Source: Phoronis australis (lineage: Eukaryota > Animalia > Phoronida). Taken from it: a stretch of 64,000 nt of DNA. The stretch is from the NCBI GenBank assembly GCA_002633005.1, contig NMRA01000617.1, positions 132,367 through 196,366 on the forward strand, read 5' to 3'. Below the pieces are notes generated by a model, which was not told the DNA's origin, ran no database searches, and worked only from the letters and a program-made list of their open reading frames with translations. Shown one piece after another: positions 36,429 through 51,400 of the stretch. Numbering within the stretch: the stretch's first letter is position 1; the number at the start of each line of letters is the position of its first letter. Position numbers and translations under genes: made by a program.

Positions 36429-39400
36429 GTAAGAGTTTCATCTCACACACTATTCAAATTATGTTTAGAAAACAACGCAAGAGCTTTGAAGCCAGCCTCG
36501 AACGGATTGTCATTCTGGGTGCATTGTGCTATCCAGTAATTATGGACCGTTCTAGCAGTGCTTTGGCAATACTCAAAAAACACCAGTTTTAATTTGTGTA
36601 TTTTAAAATACTCAAATACAGGTACGTAAAATGATAAGTGAAAGGGTCTTTTCGCGTCATACTGCGTCACCGCGAGAAAACAGAAAACAAAAACGACCGA
36701 TGGTATGCAGTTGATGTTACCAAAAATTGCCAGTAGAAACATTTGTCTGCCACTGCATGGTACACAGTATTCAATAAAACACCAACGTGAGCTGTGAAGA
36801 TTCTCGAGGTAAAGTATACGAGAATCTTTCATTACTCTAAGCAATTTATGACTGCAGTGTGGTAAGAGGGGTAAATTTACGGGTGTTGCTGTTCACGGCA
36901 GGCTAAATTTAAATCCTGCTTCGTACCCACTCTCATGCAAGTGCCTTTTGCAATACGAATTTAGAACAGTAGACTAACATTCTTTCTAGACCACAAGAAT
37001 TTGTTACCCAAAAGTTAGTAAGACAGGACTAGCGAACAGATTAATTAAAGTTGTTCGGATTACGTAAGGGCAATGCGAAAGTTAAGTCCTGACGCTACTG
37101 GTATAATTTACTCCAGCGCGGAGTTCTTCCCGCCATTTCGTGCACGTTGTGTCATCGGCTACTCATTGTACAACTTTTAAGAAAACGACGTACTTTTGAA
37201 ATCACGTAACTTTATACAAATTGACCAAAATTGTTCCCGATGGATATTATGGCAAATCTCATACCTATCCTGCAGTTTTCGCAAATTTGTCAAGTACATT
37301 TTGGGTGCTCCCAACTGCTAAGGAAGGACGAGGCTTAAGAAGTGTTATAAATTTGGGAGGCTTTTTCAATAGGCCTTCAATTCAGGGGTAATAATAATTT
37401 TCATTGTAGCCATTATCCAATGCCGTGATTCAGTGTCAATTTCAAATCTCCATTTCAAGTGTACTCGATTTTTAGCAATGAAAACATTCCCCACGACTGG
37501 ACACGGGCCACTTAACTTCCAGAGAGAAAAATTTACAACTGGAGTCCCTTTACCACGGAAGACCTCACAAGTCTTCGTGAGACATCGCTATGCAGTAAGG
37601 AGTCTTGGCAATTACGTCATTGGGCAAAGGTCACAATTCGAGAGTCTGATTCTGACCTTATCACTGAGTCAATGAAATCTGACACCTGAAAAGGCATAAC
37701 GGACAGAAAGTACACTATATGGGGTTTCTCAAAGGTGAAGAAATTCAACAAAACCATGTCGTTTCACCTTGGTACGTTCACCGGAAAAATGAGATCCCAA
37801 AATGACCAAAAAAGTGCGATTTTGGCCCCTTTACACCTAAAATCACAACTTACTCGGTGCGAGAGTGGAAACTATAATCCGAATGTTCTTTCACTCTCGA
37901 TTCCAGAAATTAAGGTTAAAATATGTCATTACGAACAAGATTTTTGACAATTTCCTCTTGTCTGAATGGTACCTCAATTCGCGTTGAACAATTCCATACT
38001 GAACAAGAATGTGCTCTCCAAATGCTGGCACTTCCACATCCGAGTAGATGAGCAGAGGCCAAATTTCTGTGCTCAGTTTACTCGAAACAACTTCAAGGAT
38101 CTACTGAATACCATTCGTAGCAATTACTTCCCATTTAGTCTACAAACCTAACCCACACCAAAAGCTCTTCATTTTTGTGGTACCAACAAAGCCCAAACCG
38201 TGACCATCAATACCCAGAAGTGCGCCATGTTGGAGGACAAGCAATCATGGCGGTGGTCAAGGATAGCTAGGCAAGTTATCGTGAGATGTTAGCGCTGCTA
38301 GTGATTGGCTTACGTACGACCACTACTGACATTTATCGGGGGCATTAAAACACATAAAGCTCCGACATTGGAACGGCGGGGAAAATCGAGACGGTGAAAA
38401 ATAGAAATGGGGGAACAAAGACACGGGGAACATATTGGTTTTAGATCGATGATTTTGCCGTGCTGAACATCCAAGCTTAAAAAATTTCAACTCAAGTGAT
38501 CAATTAATTTGTGAAATAAACTCATAATAATAGATCCAGAAACCCTCAGTATTCCAATTCCAAAAGTTTACACCGATTTCAACTACATTTTCATACTCCA
38601 CGGAACGTTTGCTTTCGACCTTGAGTTCAAAACCTACGCCACGCAAAATAGAAGTACCGGCAATTGATCAATTTTGCTGCATTGCGCCAATAAAATAGGC
38701 CCAATAAAGAGGTGTGAAAGTTGTTTTTATGTGAAAATAAAGTCAAACTTCTGGACTCCGGATGAAGAACTTTTAGTTTTTCGCCAAGTCTTTTTGTAAA
38801 TTTCTTTAAATGAAAATAAAAATTCTCCGTCCGGTTTTGAGAGCCCCAACCTACTTCTAAATAATGCAACAATGGTTATACAAATGTAACTAAAGTGCGG
38901 GTGCAAAGATAAAACAGTGAAATAATTAGAATATTCCCTATGTTTTAGCACAAAAACCTAAAAATTGTTCAACTTTGTTTTTTATAACTGTTACAATGTT
39001 TATCAAAATGTAGCACAGTTAAATCTTAACCGATAACAAACTAGTCGGTTGAACTTGTCGTTCAGTTCAGCAAAAGTTGGAATCTTGTAGTTGCCGCAAT
39101 TGTGAGCCCTTTATCATAATTCAACAAATAACATCTGCATGACTAAATTCAGGTGAAAAATATTGAATCGTACAGAATAGTAGGTAAAATATACATCTCA
39201 CTAAATTTCACAGTAAAATAATTTATAGTGGTTTTAAACTCGTAACTTATGCCACGACTGTTGTCCTAAATGGCCGACCCGGTCCAAACAAATTACCCAA
39301 ATTTCGCCACAAAGTTGCAATATTTCTTTACTGCGTAACCCGATTTTGCTATATCTCTCCTATGATATTGAAGAATTTCTTCAAAATGAAAAAATAATGG

Positions 39401-42400
39401 GTTCGAGAACTATTCCTTCTTTTCCCGTAATGGTTATCACACCTGCTCAAGCAGCTAACTATTGCACAAATATTCACCATGTTTATTCTGAGTAAACTCT
39501 GACGAGGATTCAGCTAAGAAATGTTTCACGATTCCATAACTTACTGAAAAGTTTGTCCTCTAACATGGCGCCTTGATATGATTGAAGGCGCAATTGACCT
39601 GACAGCTTAACTGACCAATCAGAATGCAACTTTCTTGACACACCTTCATCTGCGTATCGAAGCTGCCATTTTACCCGACAAACAGCACGTTGTAGGTGAC
39701 ATTTCAAAAGGAGGCGGAGCTTGCGATAGATCAGTTAGCAAAGCACGTGATGACTACTGCTATTCACACGGGTGTCTTACTAGGTCTTAAGAGCTCAGGA
39801 GACAGCACCACCGCATTAACTGCACCCAGTAGAAACGGTGGCCATCCCATAGGCCCTCAACACGCCGGATGAAGCTTTTCGGCGAATTATGCCTTACTCT
39901 GATCAAACCACACAAGTCGTGTTGCTATATTTCTTTCTACGCGCCTTCGCCAAAAGGATTTTTTATATTATACTACAGCAAATTTCAGTCGTAAAAATGT
40001 CAATTTCTCCTAATCAAGACTCAAATGGCTAAACCGATCACCGCCATCTTGAGGCTCTGGGACGAGGCTGTTTGGTGTACAAGCGTTCAGCGCCACCTAC
40101 TACAGGTCTCGTGTAATGCGGACGGGAGGTTTCAACCTACTGGTATAAAAGGTGTTTTAACACCTTTCCACCCATTATGATATCGGTAAATGTCCACTGC
40201 TGTGAGGTGGGATGTCCTAATGTCTTACGAAAAAACCCAAACCCTTTGAAATATCAAGGACATCGTGTTTCATACATTTCCCATTGCGAACAAACATCGA
40301 CAAAACCGACGGCTGCGGCTGATAACGCGGCAGAATTTCGATCCCAGCTGGTGCCTAAAAGCAAGCTCAGATAAAAACGTGAACTTAAACTAACCAAAAA
40401 AATGGATAGGGATGACTTTGGAATTTATTATGCTGCTTTTGTAGAGATGTAGTATTTGATTTTCTACTTATTCACCAAATTTGAGTCGGGATCAATTGGA
40501 AGTCACTTTCGTGCTCTCATTATTCTAGAGAGCGCACATATGAAAAATCCCCTGTTATTTGCAAACGTATTATCCTATACTTAGATTACAGAGATTGGAA
40601 ACGAAAAGAAGAAGCCTGGTCTCAGTTCACTCGCCGGCAACTTAAAGGGGGTTGAGGAACACCTGATGTCTCTGGTAGAGTTCGCAAAAAAGAAAGTGCC
40701 AGATTCCCGCCAAGCTGATACTCCAATATATCTAATGGCTACAGCAGGTTCGTGCATTTGTTAATAGTTTAATATTTTTCGACCATTTCCCAAAATGGAT
40801 TACACAAGAAATATAAATGCAAGAACCTTTTTTCGTTCAAGCCACTCTAATATCACGTGAACTGTAAATAGTCAAGGATCAGATTTATTATCTACCTGTG
40901 ATTGGAATTTTCCCTCTCAGACATTGTCTCGGAATTTAAAATATGCAGGTTCTACCCATTTTGAGCAACAGAACCTCCAAAGGCTACTGTCTAACACAAT
41001 TCATGTTACAGTGTCTATTTTCCCTGAGGACACTATGCCGGAGACACTTGGCGACTGCCGGGCAGTGGCATCGTTGTTGAATATCGGGTATGACGGAGAG
41101 CCCAATTACACAGATGTACTAAGTACAGGCCTTTGCAACACCAGTACAAAGGATGTGCCATCCATTTTCGTCATGGTCAGAGCACGAATTCAGAAAAGAG
41201 CGTCTCTTCTGTCCCAGCTATCCGTAGCAATGCTCGAGTACGCCAATGCGATCTCTGTTTGGCAACCTGGGAAAATCCCAAGTCGCCACGACGTAGCCAC
41301 TCCGAGTATCAAAGTCAGACAATAATTCCCCCGAAATTCGTTTCAAAGTTTGTGTTTGATTCCAAACTTTAAATTACTAACAGTTTTCGTAGATTTGATA
41401 GCTTTGGTTCACAATTGCTCCGTTTATTTCGTGAAATCACAACATTCAGCACGCATCAACCACGTGCTGAAATTACAACAGCGAACAGACGGAAGTCGGA
41501 ATTACTCGGCAAAAATCAGGCAAGTCCGGTGAAACAAGCGCTTCCAGTGTATGCAATCCACTGCGTTCTATCTTCATTGGCAAGAGGGAATTGAGTTAGA
41601 GATTGAATGAGATATATTTTTACGGGAAGAATTTGAAGAGTTATGCGTAAGTTTTATCAAACGACAAGACACATTTTTTTCCTTTCAGTCGACAATTTCG
41701 ACGTCAGTTTTGGAGACCTCAGATTTCCTTTGGCGACCACCTGAGATTTTCGCTAAGTCGCCAAATGCGATTTAGCGTCAAGCTAAGTGTCGGGCACTGC
41801 GTAGATTGCTTTTGATCAGAAAGTCATAACACAATAGACTATTTGAGAGTCAGCCCCCTAGTTCAACCTCCGAGGAAGTTGAGGGGCATTGGCCTCACAG
41901 ATATTAGATAAAATTAAAGAAAAGAGAAAACACGTGACTTAAGAAAATCGAAGTATTTTTAACAAAATAGCTCCAAACGACTGCTGAAGTGTTTTCTGAG
42001 CCAAATTGTATGATTTTGTTCAACTTTGCGCATTTTAATCATGCTTCTTTAACGCAAATTATGTCACTACAAGTTGTACGGTAACTGTTGGTGATTCTAC
42101 CTCATAGGTCTACGACTTGTGGCGTACCAGAAGCGGAAGCAAATTTTTGCCGCAGTACACACGAGCTTTGAAAAGAAGGATTCTTGCCCGTTCAAATACC
42201 ACCGGTCCAACTCTCGTATTCTCTCCGGAGAAGAAGAAGGTGTTTTCAGCTGGATCAGCGCCAATTTCCTTCTGGGGAGATTGACCAACACTAAGTAATG
42301 ACTAATGTGCTGGTGTCAGTGCAATTGTTAAGACCCTCCGGAACACTATGACGTACTACTAAATACTCAAGGGTTGATGATGACTCTCCGGGTGTTGCTA

Positions 42401-45400
42401 TGGGAATGCAGTTCATTAGGAACACTTCGGGCATTTTCGTTGCCTCAAATTCTCCGTGTTTCACATCTGCGCATGTGCAGACTGAAGTCATACTGCAAAT
42501 TATGTAACTCTCTAACTGGGCAATGATTGTCCTTAGGTGGCACTGAACAGTTAGGCTGCGGCCGCGGCCAATTTGCACTGCCAACATCTTAAAACTTTGG
42601 GGTAGGCCAAGTTTGACGTAGCCCTCAAACAAGCCAGATTTGCATAAAAAAATGTTGGTTGGCAGTACTTTTGTACCACATTTTTGGAATTGGTAGAAAA
42701 TTTGCTTTCGCAATCTAATGTTGGCTTTAGTCGAGCATCGACAGGGAAGTTGTGATTTTAGGGTGAAAAGTGCCGATTTTGCATTTTTTGCCCTTATTTT
42801 TCTTAGTTCAGCTTGGTTTCCAATGGGAGTGAAAGGGTCAAAAATACAAGAGAGTACAAAGTTTCTGTGCTCATCTGTAGAGCTTTTGTTATAAAATGAC
42901 TCAAAACTTTTCTTTATTTGCATGCAGTTTTTGACAGAGTGAAGAAAGGGTGAAGAGACCATTGACGTGTGTTCTGATAGGCAAATCACTATGAGAACTG
43001 TTTAGTGCCTCCTTACAACAGAAGTTAGCACATGCGCAGATGTGAGACACATCCGAGAGAAATATTTTTTGATTTCAAAAATACCCGGGGTGTAACAAAT
43101 GCGTTCAACAACATTCATGTAGCAGTTGTGGTCATTAGACTTCCGAATGGTCTTATGTGAGATTGCATGTTTTCGGAGGCTGACAAATCTTCAGGGCAAA
43201 ACAAATTTAAAGAGTATAACATGCTAAAAATAGGAGGTCCACCTAGGCCATTGAACAGTCGTGACGAGAAAAGCAGGTAAAGAAGACTCATATTAGAATT
43301 TCTTGTTCGGCAAATTCGAACAAAATGACACGCATATCCCAACGTAATGGACATTTTGCATCTTCAGTTATTTTAAATAGCTGTCAAGTTGCACCTCCCA
43401 GTACATTAAATACGACAATGTTTTTAATACAAGAGCCAAAAACATTTACTACACACGAAAAAAACCTTGCCACTCTCCGCAGAAAACTTACGACTCATTG
43501 TAATATTGACTTGAACGACAACATACAAAATCCTTTTTACTGGGACTGAACTACAGCCACACAGGAAGACTTGCCAAGCACCACGGATTTTCATACAAAA
43601 ACTGTGAATGGAATTTCTTTCACAGAAAGTGGAAGGGGTTCTGCTCCTATAATTAAGACTCCTCTCCGGTGTGGAAAGTGTTTTGAGGCCCGTAGCAAGG
43701 GTTCCGCCCCCGAGGAAATGCTGTTGCTTCGAGACAATTCAATGGTTCACACGGCACAGCTGACTATGTATGAACCAGTCAAATGAAGTTTTGAACTTTT
43801 GCCTCGTGCTCCGCATTTGCCAGATCTGCTCCGTTAAACTAAGTTATTTCCAAAATTGAAATTCTACCGTGTGGTCACCGTTGCCATAGCGATGATGACG
43901 CCGTTACGTACTGTTGAGAGACATAGGGGCTCTTTCGCCAAGGGATCGCAAATCTTGACAAACGAAGGACCAAGAGTAGTGAAGTTAGGACAGATTATGT
44001 TGAAAAATAAACATCTTGTGTTGTTTTCTGGGTGAGACCGGCAACTTATTGAATGGCACTAGTATTAAAGATTAACAATTACGTCAAGCTTTTTGAATGA
44101 CCCAGGCATAGTATAATAGATTAAAATTCATTACTTCTATACCTTTTATTTCGGACTACTTTATGTTTTTACTCATACGTTCCAATATCAAATCCCCAAA
44201 ACTTCTGTTAAGTAATTAACTTATGTAACGCGAACAGTCAATGTTTTGATTTCTTTTTTATAAAAACATGTTGAGTTCCCCATAATGCCTCGATTATGTA
44301 GTTATTTTGGTCAAAAGTCATTAGAATATGCATCACCACATCCGGCATCCCGGCCACGTCAAAATCAACGGACATGTTGTCGGCTCGAAATTCCCCTTGC
44401 TGTTCATGGGTGGCAGGTTTGTAGAATTTGTTTGAGAATCTTAAAAGGGGTTCGTATTTGGGGCTCCGTGGAGAAATGGGTGGAATTTAGCTTTCCCAAA
44501 AATATTCATGATAAGAAATGAAAGTCATTGATATTATTATAGCACAGCACAATTGCGTCACGGCGTGTTACAACATGTTCATTTTGGTTCGCTTTATTAC
44601 AGCAAAAACACGAAGACTGTTGGGGTACTCGAAATGGGTGGAGCTTCGACTCAGATTGCATTTATTCCCGAAGGCCAGATCCTCGCTGACAAGTACCCGG
44701 TTAGAGTTGGAGCGCGAGTCTATTCACTATACGCTCACAGCTACTTGTACTACGGCCAAGATTATACTATTAGACGAGTAAAGGAGGTCTTGGTCAAAAG
44801 GAATAAACAAAATACAACGCTTGAAAACCCGTGTTTGTTCACAGGTGTGCCAACACATTTTTATAGTTTCTTGTGATGCGCAGTTCCAAGGAGACAATGC
44901 AGTCTTCCTACTTTACGAAGCGCCCCGGGGATCTTGATGTGGCGTTTGTGTGTGATGTTCTCGCAAACGGTATTTCATTTCTTTTACTTGAAAGTTTTGC
45001 ACTTAAAAGTACTTTTCTCGTGATCCACAGTTTTTACTCTCTGGCAGTACGTAAGGGTGAGTACGTGCTTCCTGCATTATTTAAATCAGTTTTTGGCCAT
45101 AGTAAGATTAAAAACCGCACGATCGCCGCACAAATAAATAGTTCATGTTCAATCAACGTTTCGTCTATTCATTAAGGCCCTTTCATATTGACTTAACTCC
45201 GGTCTGAGCGGAGCGTCGACGTAAACAGCGCAGTTAACTGGACCGTTCATACTGGCTTCGGTAGTTAATGACCATCGAAGTAAAGGGATGGTGACGCTGA
45301 CGTCATCGAAGTTATCGCAAGGTAGCGCTGCAGGCTAAGATTGTTTTCAATGTGACAATTTGGGAACATTTAAATGTGCTAAATGACATTAAACTCATTT

Positions 45401-48400
45401 TTAAATCGATTGCTTATCATTAGATCACAAAATAAGTAGTTATTAGTGACGGCACTACTTTCTAACTGTTGACGATAACAGTGGCACCTGGCGATAACTT
45501 CGATTGGACCGGAGTTAAGAGTTCATACTGCACCGCAGCGTCGACGCTGCGGTCTTAAATCCTCCTGTTAACTGCGATGTTAACTGGAGCTGTTAACTGC
45601 GATCCAGGACCGGAGTTCAGCGTTCATACTGACCGCAACTCCCCAAACCACCGACGCGTCGACGTTAGTATGATTTTTTGTACATAGGAATAGCAAAGAA
45701 ATGACGCAGTTTTGGAGAACATAAATTTATCGGGCTTTGCGACTGGAAACTCAAAAAACGTAGAAAAACGCAACAACAATTAACATTCTTCCCCACGATA
45801 ATCAACAATGCATTTATTTTGGTTTGGAGACTTCGCTATTTTTCGTCATCTCTTTTGAATTTAAACCAGTAATCTTGTTCCAAGTCAATAAATAGCGCAG
45901 TTACTGTCATTTGAAGTGCAAACATTTTTGCGACACCAAGTAAATGTGATTTCTGTGCGTGGAAAGAACTAATAATTCGTAAATTCGTAATTGCTTGAGG
46001 CTAATCTCTACAAGTTGGCATGTTAAACCTTGTGTTGAGCAGTAACGAATGATCAATTTTTCACAAGACCAATAATCATTTCTCACCTGATTGTGGAAAA
46101 GTTTGAGACCAGTTTTATAGCGCTAAGCACTCAAAGCCAAGAGTTAGTTTCTTCAACGGAAGGCGTATTTAAAGCTGCTTTTAAGTGGCTTACTTTATTC
46201 ATTTTTAAGAGCTAAATACGAAGGAAATTCAGTTTCAACGTTCACGGTCGACCCTGTTTTGTAGGAGATACTGTTCAAGAAAACGTCAACGGGAGGGACA
46301 TCACATTCCAGGGGACATCAGATTACGACGGTTGTGCTGCCATCATTCGACAATTCATTTATAAAGTCCCACCAGAGCAGTGTTACCCGTTCCCGTGTAC
46401 CATAGGCAACACTTACCAACCCCCACTAGGTAAGTTGCAGGATTCTGTAGTCGCGAACCCAAACAATATTAGTGCTTGATTCTGGTGTAGATGTCTGCCC
46501 TCTGGTTCTTTATTTATCAATCAATGATGAGGCCAACGCGTTTATTTTAAATAGTCGAACAGAAAAAGCATGCTTTAACGACCTTAACCGTCTTAATTTG
46601 AGTTATAATCGAGATGATAACTAACGCGAAATAAAGGCTGTGATCACCACGACTATTGTTTGACCATCTCATTTCGTTTAGTACAGTACAACTGTGCACT
46701 CTATTTTCATATCTCTTTGTGATTACACAGNCGATAAGTCAACTTCGAGAAGGGCGACTCGGAGATTGAACATAGGGAGTCTGGGCTCATCAGCCATGGA
46801 AGACAACCACTCTAGAAGAAGAACATTCCGAAATAAAAGCATGAGCTGCCACGAAAATGGAGCATGTTGGCTTAGGACAGCGGGAAGACCTCCTGTACTT
46901 GTATCGCCGATCGTGCAGAAGAGAACGAGACATGCACACATTCTACCCAACATGGCCATACAAACTGATATTTGACGGTATGGTGCTCCCGTGTTTCGCC
47001 AGGCGGTGACAGTCTCGAAAGGACCCACCTTTAGCCACTGGTGAGGTGAATCAGAAAGTCAACCGAAGGCAGCAATATTCAATTCTAGCCAATCGACCAA
47101 GTCAATTGGAAACGTCATTTGCTTCGCTTGTCTTCGCACAGTGGAATGCTGGTGGCCTTCGCAACGAGAAACCCGATCTTGAAGACTTCGTCAGAAGAGA
47201 GTATTAAAATGCACATCATCTGTATCCCGGAGACACATCTTACAGATACCCATTGCTTTTCCACCAAAGGATACGAGCTCTTCCAACATGGCAGAATCAG
47301 TGGTTCCAAGGGAGGTATTCTCAGCGTTGTACGGAACAGCATCCCAGCGACAGAGATTGGGAGGCAGTGAAAAACAATGAATTTATTGCAGTAAAAGCAG
47401 TATTCCAAGGGAGAGAAATCATCACCAATTTCTACTGCCCACCTGACAAATACCTACGACTACATACTCTTCCCCTGTCTAATCAAGACTTACTCTTACT
47501 TGGTGACTTTAACAACCACTCACCAAGCTGGGATATATCAACACCTGAACTGTAGATGAGAGCAAATTGAAGATTTTATGATCGACAGCAGTCTCATCCT
47601 CATCAACAAGCCAGGCGACAAGTTGGTTTGCTTGTTCCGAGCTTGGAAGACAACAGGTACAAAAGACCTTGCCATAGTCACGGAGGACATCCAAAAGGAA
47701 TGTTGTAAACCATTTAGGTGGGAGCGACCACCCACCCGTCCTGTTGAAGCTATCATTACTAGAACAACAGTCTCTCAAAAGAAAATACCATAGCTGGAAC
47801 TATAAAAAGGCAAAAAGAACAGTTTAAAAAACTGACCGACATTCTCTGTAGAAAACTCACAAGGCAGGACATCAACATCAATGTTATACGGATTTCTGAC
47901 TGCATACTTCAAGCAGCACGGCAGAGCATTCCAAGAGGAAGAAGAAAAGACTACAAACCATACTGGAGTGACCATCTTCAAAATCTTTATGACCAGCTAA
48001 CAGAATAATTTGAAAAAGACCCAATCACAAAAAAACACAACAACCTACGCCAAATCAAAAACTGCATTTGATGCGGAAAGACGATAGAAATCCCCAAATC
48101 TTGGCACGAGAAGACAAGCTCGTGGACACAGAGCAGCTACGGAAGCTCGCAATGACCCTGAACGACGACCACCAGTGCACTCCAAGATCAACACTCTTGA
48201 AAGAGAACGGAGAGATTTTCAAAGAGAAAAGAGAATGATGCTTTCCTGTTCGCAAAAAGTTTTAGAGAAGACAGCTTTTTGGATGAAAGAAAATAGAAGT
48301 ACGAACAAAGAACAAGAAGGAGGTAAGAAAGAAGTAGCAAATACATCTGCCTTCATGACTGACGACTTCGCCATCCACGATCTTAACGCTTCCATCAGAC

Positions 48401-51400
48401 AGTAAAAAGAACCCCCCCCCCGGAAGGACGGCATCAGCAATGAGATGACCTAACACCTTGGTAGTCACACCAAACAGAAACCTCTGGGCATCTACAACCA
48501 GTCTTGGAGTACGGGCCTCTTCCCAGTCAGCTGGAAGGAAGCCAAAATCACTCTAACCCTGAAAAATGACAGGCACAGCAAGAGCAGCTATCGCCCCATC
48601 AGCCTCTTCAGCTGCCCTGGAACTGGTGGAACGCATGGTCACCAAACGCCTGCAGTATCAGCTGGAAAAGAACGAGCTAACCAACCCCACCCTGTCAGGC
48701 TTCAGAAAGAATAGAAGTACTTAGGATCAGATCACACTTCTCACCCATCAGCTTCCATCAGAAAATGAAGATACTGACAGTTTTTGTACACCTCACCAAG
48801 ACCTTCGATACAGTCTGGAAGGACGGTCTGCTCCTAAGGATCCTCCAAAAACAAGTATGCGACAAAGTGTATGTTACTTGCTCCAAAGATGAGCTCGAGT
48901 AAAGCTGGGAGGTTAGCCAATCATATTGGTGGAGTTTAGGGAAGGAGTTCTTCTGGGCAGCGTAATTGCGCCTACACTATTTGTTTTCATTCACTGATGA
49001 CGTATCTGACCACCTGTCCATGCACATCTCAGATGACCTGGCTGAATGAAAAAAGTAGAGAACATCACCACAGTAGCGTACAGGATGCAGGAAGCCATGA
49101 CCATCATCTTAAACTGGTCTAAAGAGTGGGTGGTCACGATCAACAGAGCTAAAACCAAAGTCACAAGTCATGCTTTTTCCTCTCTCCCAAGAAAGAAGAG
49201 TTATCCATGCAGCTAAAATGGCGGAATTTTCCCCATCGCTGCCATGCGCACCAAAGCTACTTAGAAAATGGCCGTGATGAAAAAGTGACCGGTACCAGGT
49301 GCTAACATAAAGATCTTGACCCAAGTTTACACAGGATCTGTCACACCCCAAATTGAGAACGCCTCGAGCGCATAGTCTACAGCTGCCAAAACTACACAGA
49401 CAACCTTGCCAAGGACTAGAATGCGGCCTGTGCTTAATCACAAGAGGAAAGAAGACCACCCCCATCACGGGACTGGAAAAGAAGACAGGTCTAAAGTCAT
49501 TGGAAGAAAGACGATATGAGAAACTCCTGAGACAGAGAGGCTCCGGTCACACTTACTGCACTCCAAACTCCAAGCCCTAACCAAAAACCGGATCATGAGG
49601 CGAAGCTTAAACTACCTGATTAAGGTGCTTTATCAGAAATACCAACCACTGCTACCCTCTATCAATTAACCACGGGAAATGCTCCAAGACTTTAAGGAAT
49701 GGTCGCTGGACGGTAGTCCTATCACCCTCGACATCCCTGAGATTGGCCCCAGCATTAAAGTTATACGCTCAAGTCTCACATCAAAATTTCAAGTCTTCCT
49801 TCTAAATCTCGAGTTTTTACTCGTGTTTGTAGCTCAAATCTAGGGGCCATCAAGTAAGAACTTGGACTAGAAACTCATCTGAGTAAAGCATTATGCACTT
49901 AGGCATGAAATGATACTCACTTACCCTGAGTTTGTATTAAAGCAGAGTGGAAAATGTCTAAAATAACGGATCTCAGTTTCGAGTGCAAAGAATAGACCCC
50001 GAGCCCTGGTGACGAGATCGTTTCGTCTACGAGTCGGCTCACCCAGAACTGCCAAACAACATGTCGTGGAAATCGACGATATTTCGTGAGTTCGCTGCAA
50101 AGAAATCGATAAAGGGACACCTTACGAGAAAGGGAAGGAGTAGAAGATATCAACAACAGAAATTGTAGCTTAGCATTGCTTTTGATGTCCGCTATTGCAA
50201 GATAACGCCATGCTTTTCTCAATTGAAATTATTGCCTTTGATTGTGTGGAAATAGTCTGACGGAATCAAAGTAAGAAAATACGATAATGTTGGATTACAA
50301 AGTAGTAAAGGCATGTTGTGTTGATGATGTCATGAGCTTCGATTTAGGTAAACGCCACCTCATTTTTTCGACATCAAATGTGGCTCGTGATGGGGACGGC
50401 TAATAGTATTTAGAGCAGTAAATTTTCGAGTGCCATATAAGAAAAATCATAACGCTAACGTTGACCAATAAAACATATATTTCACGTGTCCAAAAAGGCA
50501 TTTTGTCTATACCGTGTGCAATCTTCAACTCTCGACGGGCAGCCAGTGAACGCTGCCCGAAAAAACTTGTCAAATTGCGAGCACTGAAGTAGTTTTTCTC
50601 GTCATTATTTGCCTTATGAAAAAGTCAAATCACGATACCGAATATATCAGCACATTGCGAAACAACTACTGCACCTACGGTTTCTGTTTCAAACGATCAG
50701 GTATCCGTATGAATGAATCTTGGTGTGTCAATGCCATAGTCAACGGGCTGATATAATCTATGGGCTCGGAGATTTCATATCATGAAGATGCCACTGCGTG
50801 CAAAAGTTTATTTCCCCAGGACCCATTTTGATAATGCTGCTCTATACGTGCACAACTTCGAGGAAGTCACTGGGCATAGATTCTGTTGTTGTAGCTAGTA
50901 CACCTACAAACGACTTCCGACAGGGCCCTTGCTCTTGTGTAAATTCACATCGGTAACTATGGAGGTGTTGCCTTCAATTCCCGTAACGGACATCGGGATG
51001 TAAAACGACCCCGGCGCCGTGAAAGCAACCGTAATAGCCCAGGTCTGGATTAAACGCCATGCTAGTTCTTTTTAACCCTGGAAATCCTTTCTAATCTAAG
51101 TAAAGCCACAACATGAGACCGATACGGCAAAACGGGATTAAATCAAAAGCTTTTTTCACAGAAGACGCTGGTGTATTGCAACTAAACGTAATCGAACAAA
51201 GTCTGTATAACAACTGTATTTCAGAGTCCAACTTCTTTTACGCTATCGTGGCTTTCTTTTATACATTGGACGCAATCGGGGCCACTGAAGGTGACGGTAC
51301 TTTCACTTTGTCCAGAGCCGAGACAGCCGCACGAGAGTACTGCAACCAGGTAACGTCCGTTTACTCAGCAAATTATTGTCTGGACTCCCATAAGCAGACT

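Noticed and set aside
40924-41325. 133-aa intronic ORF
   Set aside because: No family motif recognised; not needed for the NTPDase reading frame.
42291-42989. 232-aa minus-strand ORF
   Set aside because: No recognisable motif; spans a MITE and intron sequence antisense to the NTPDase.
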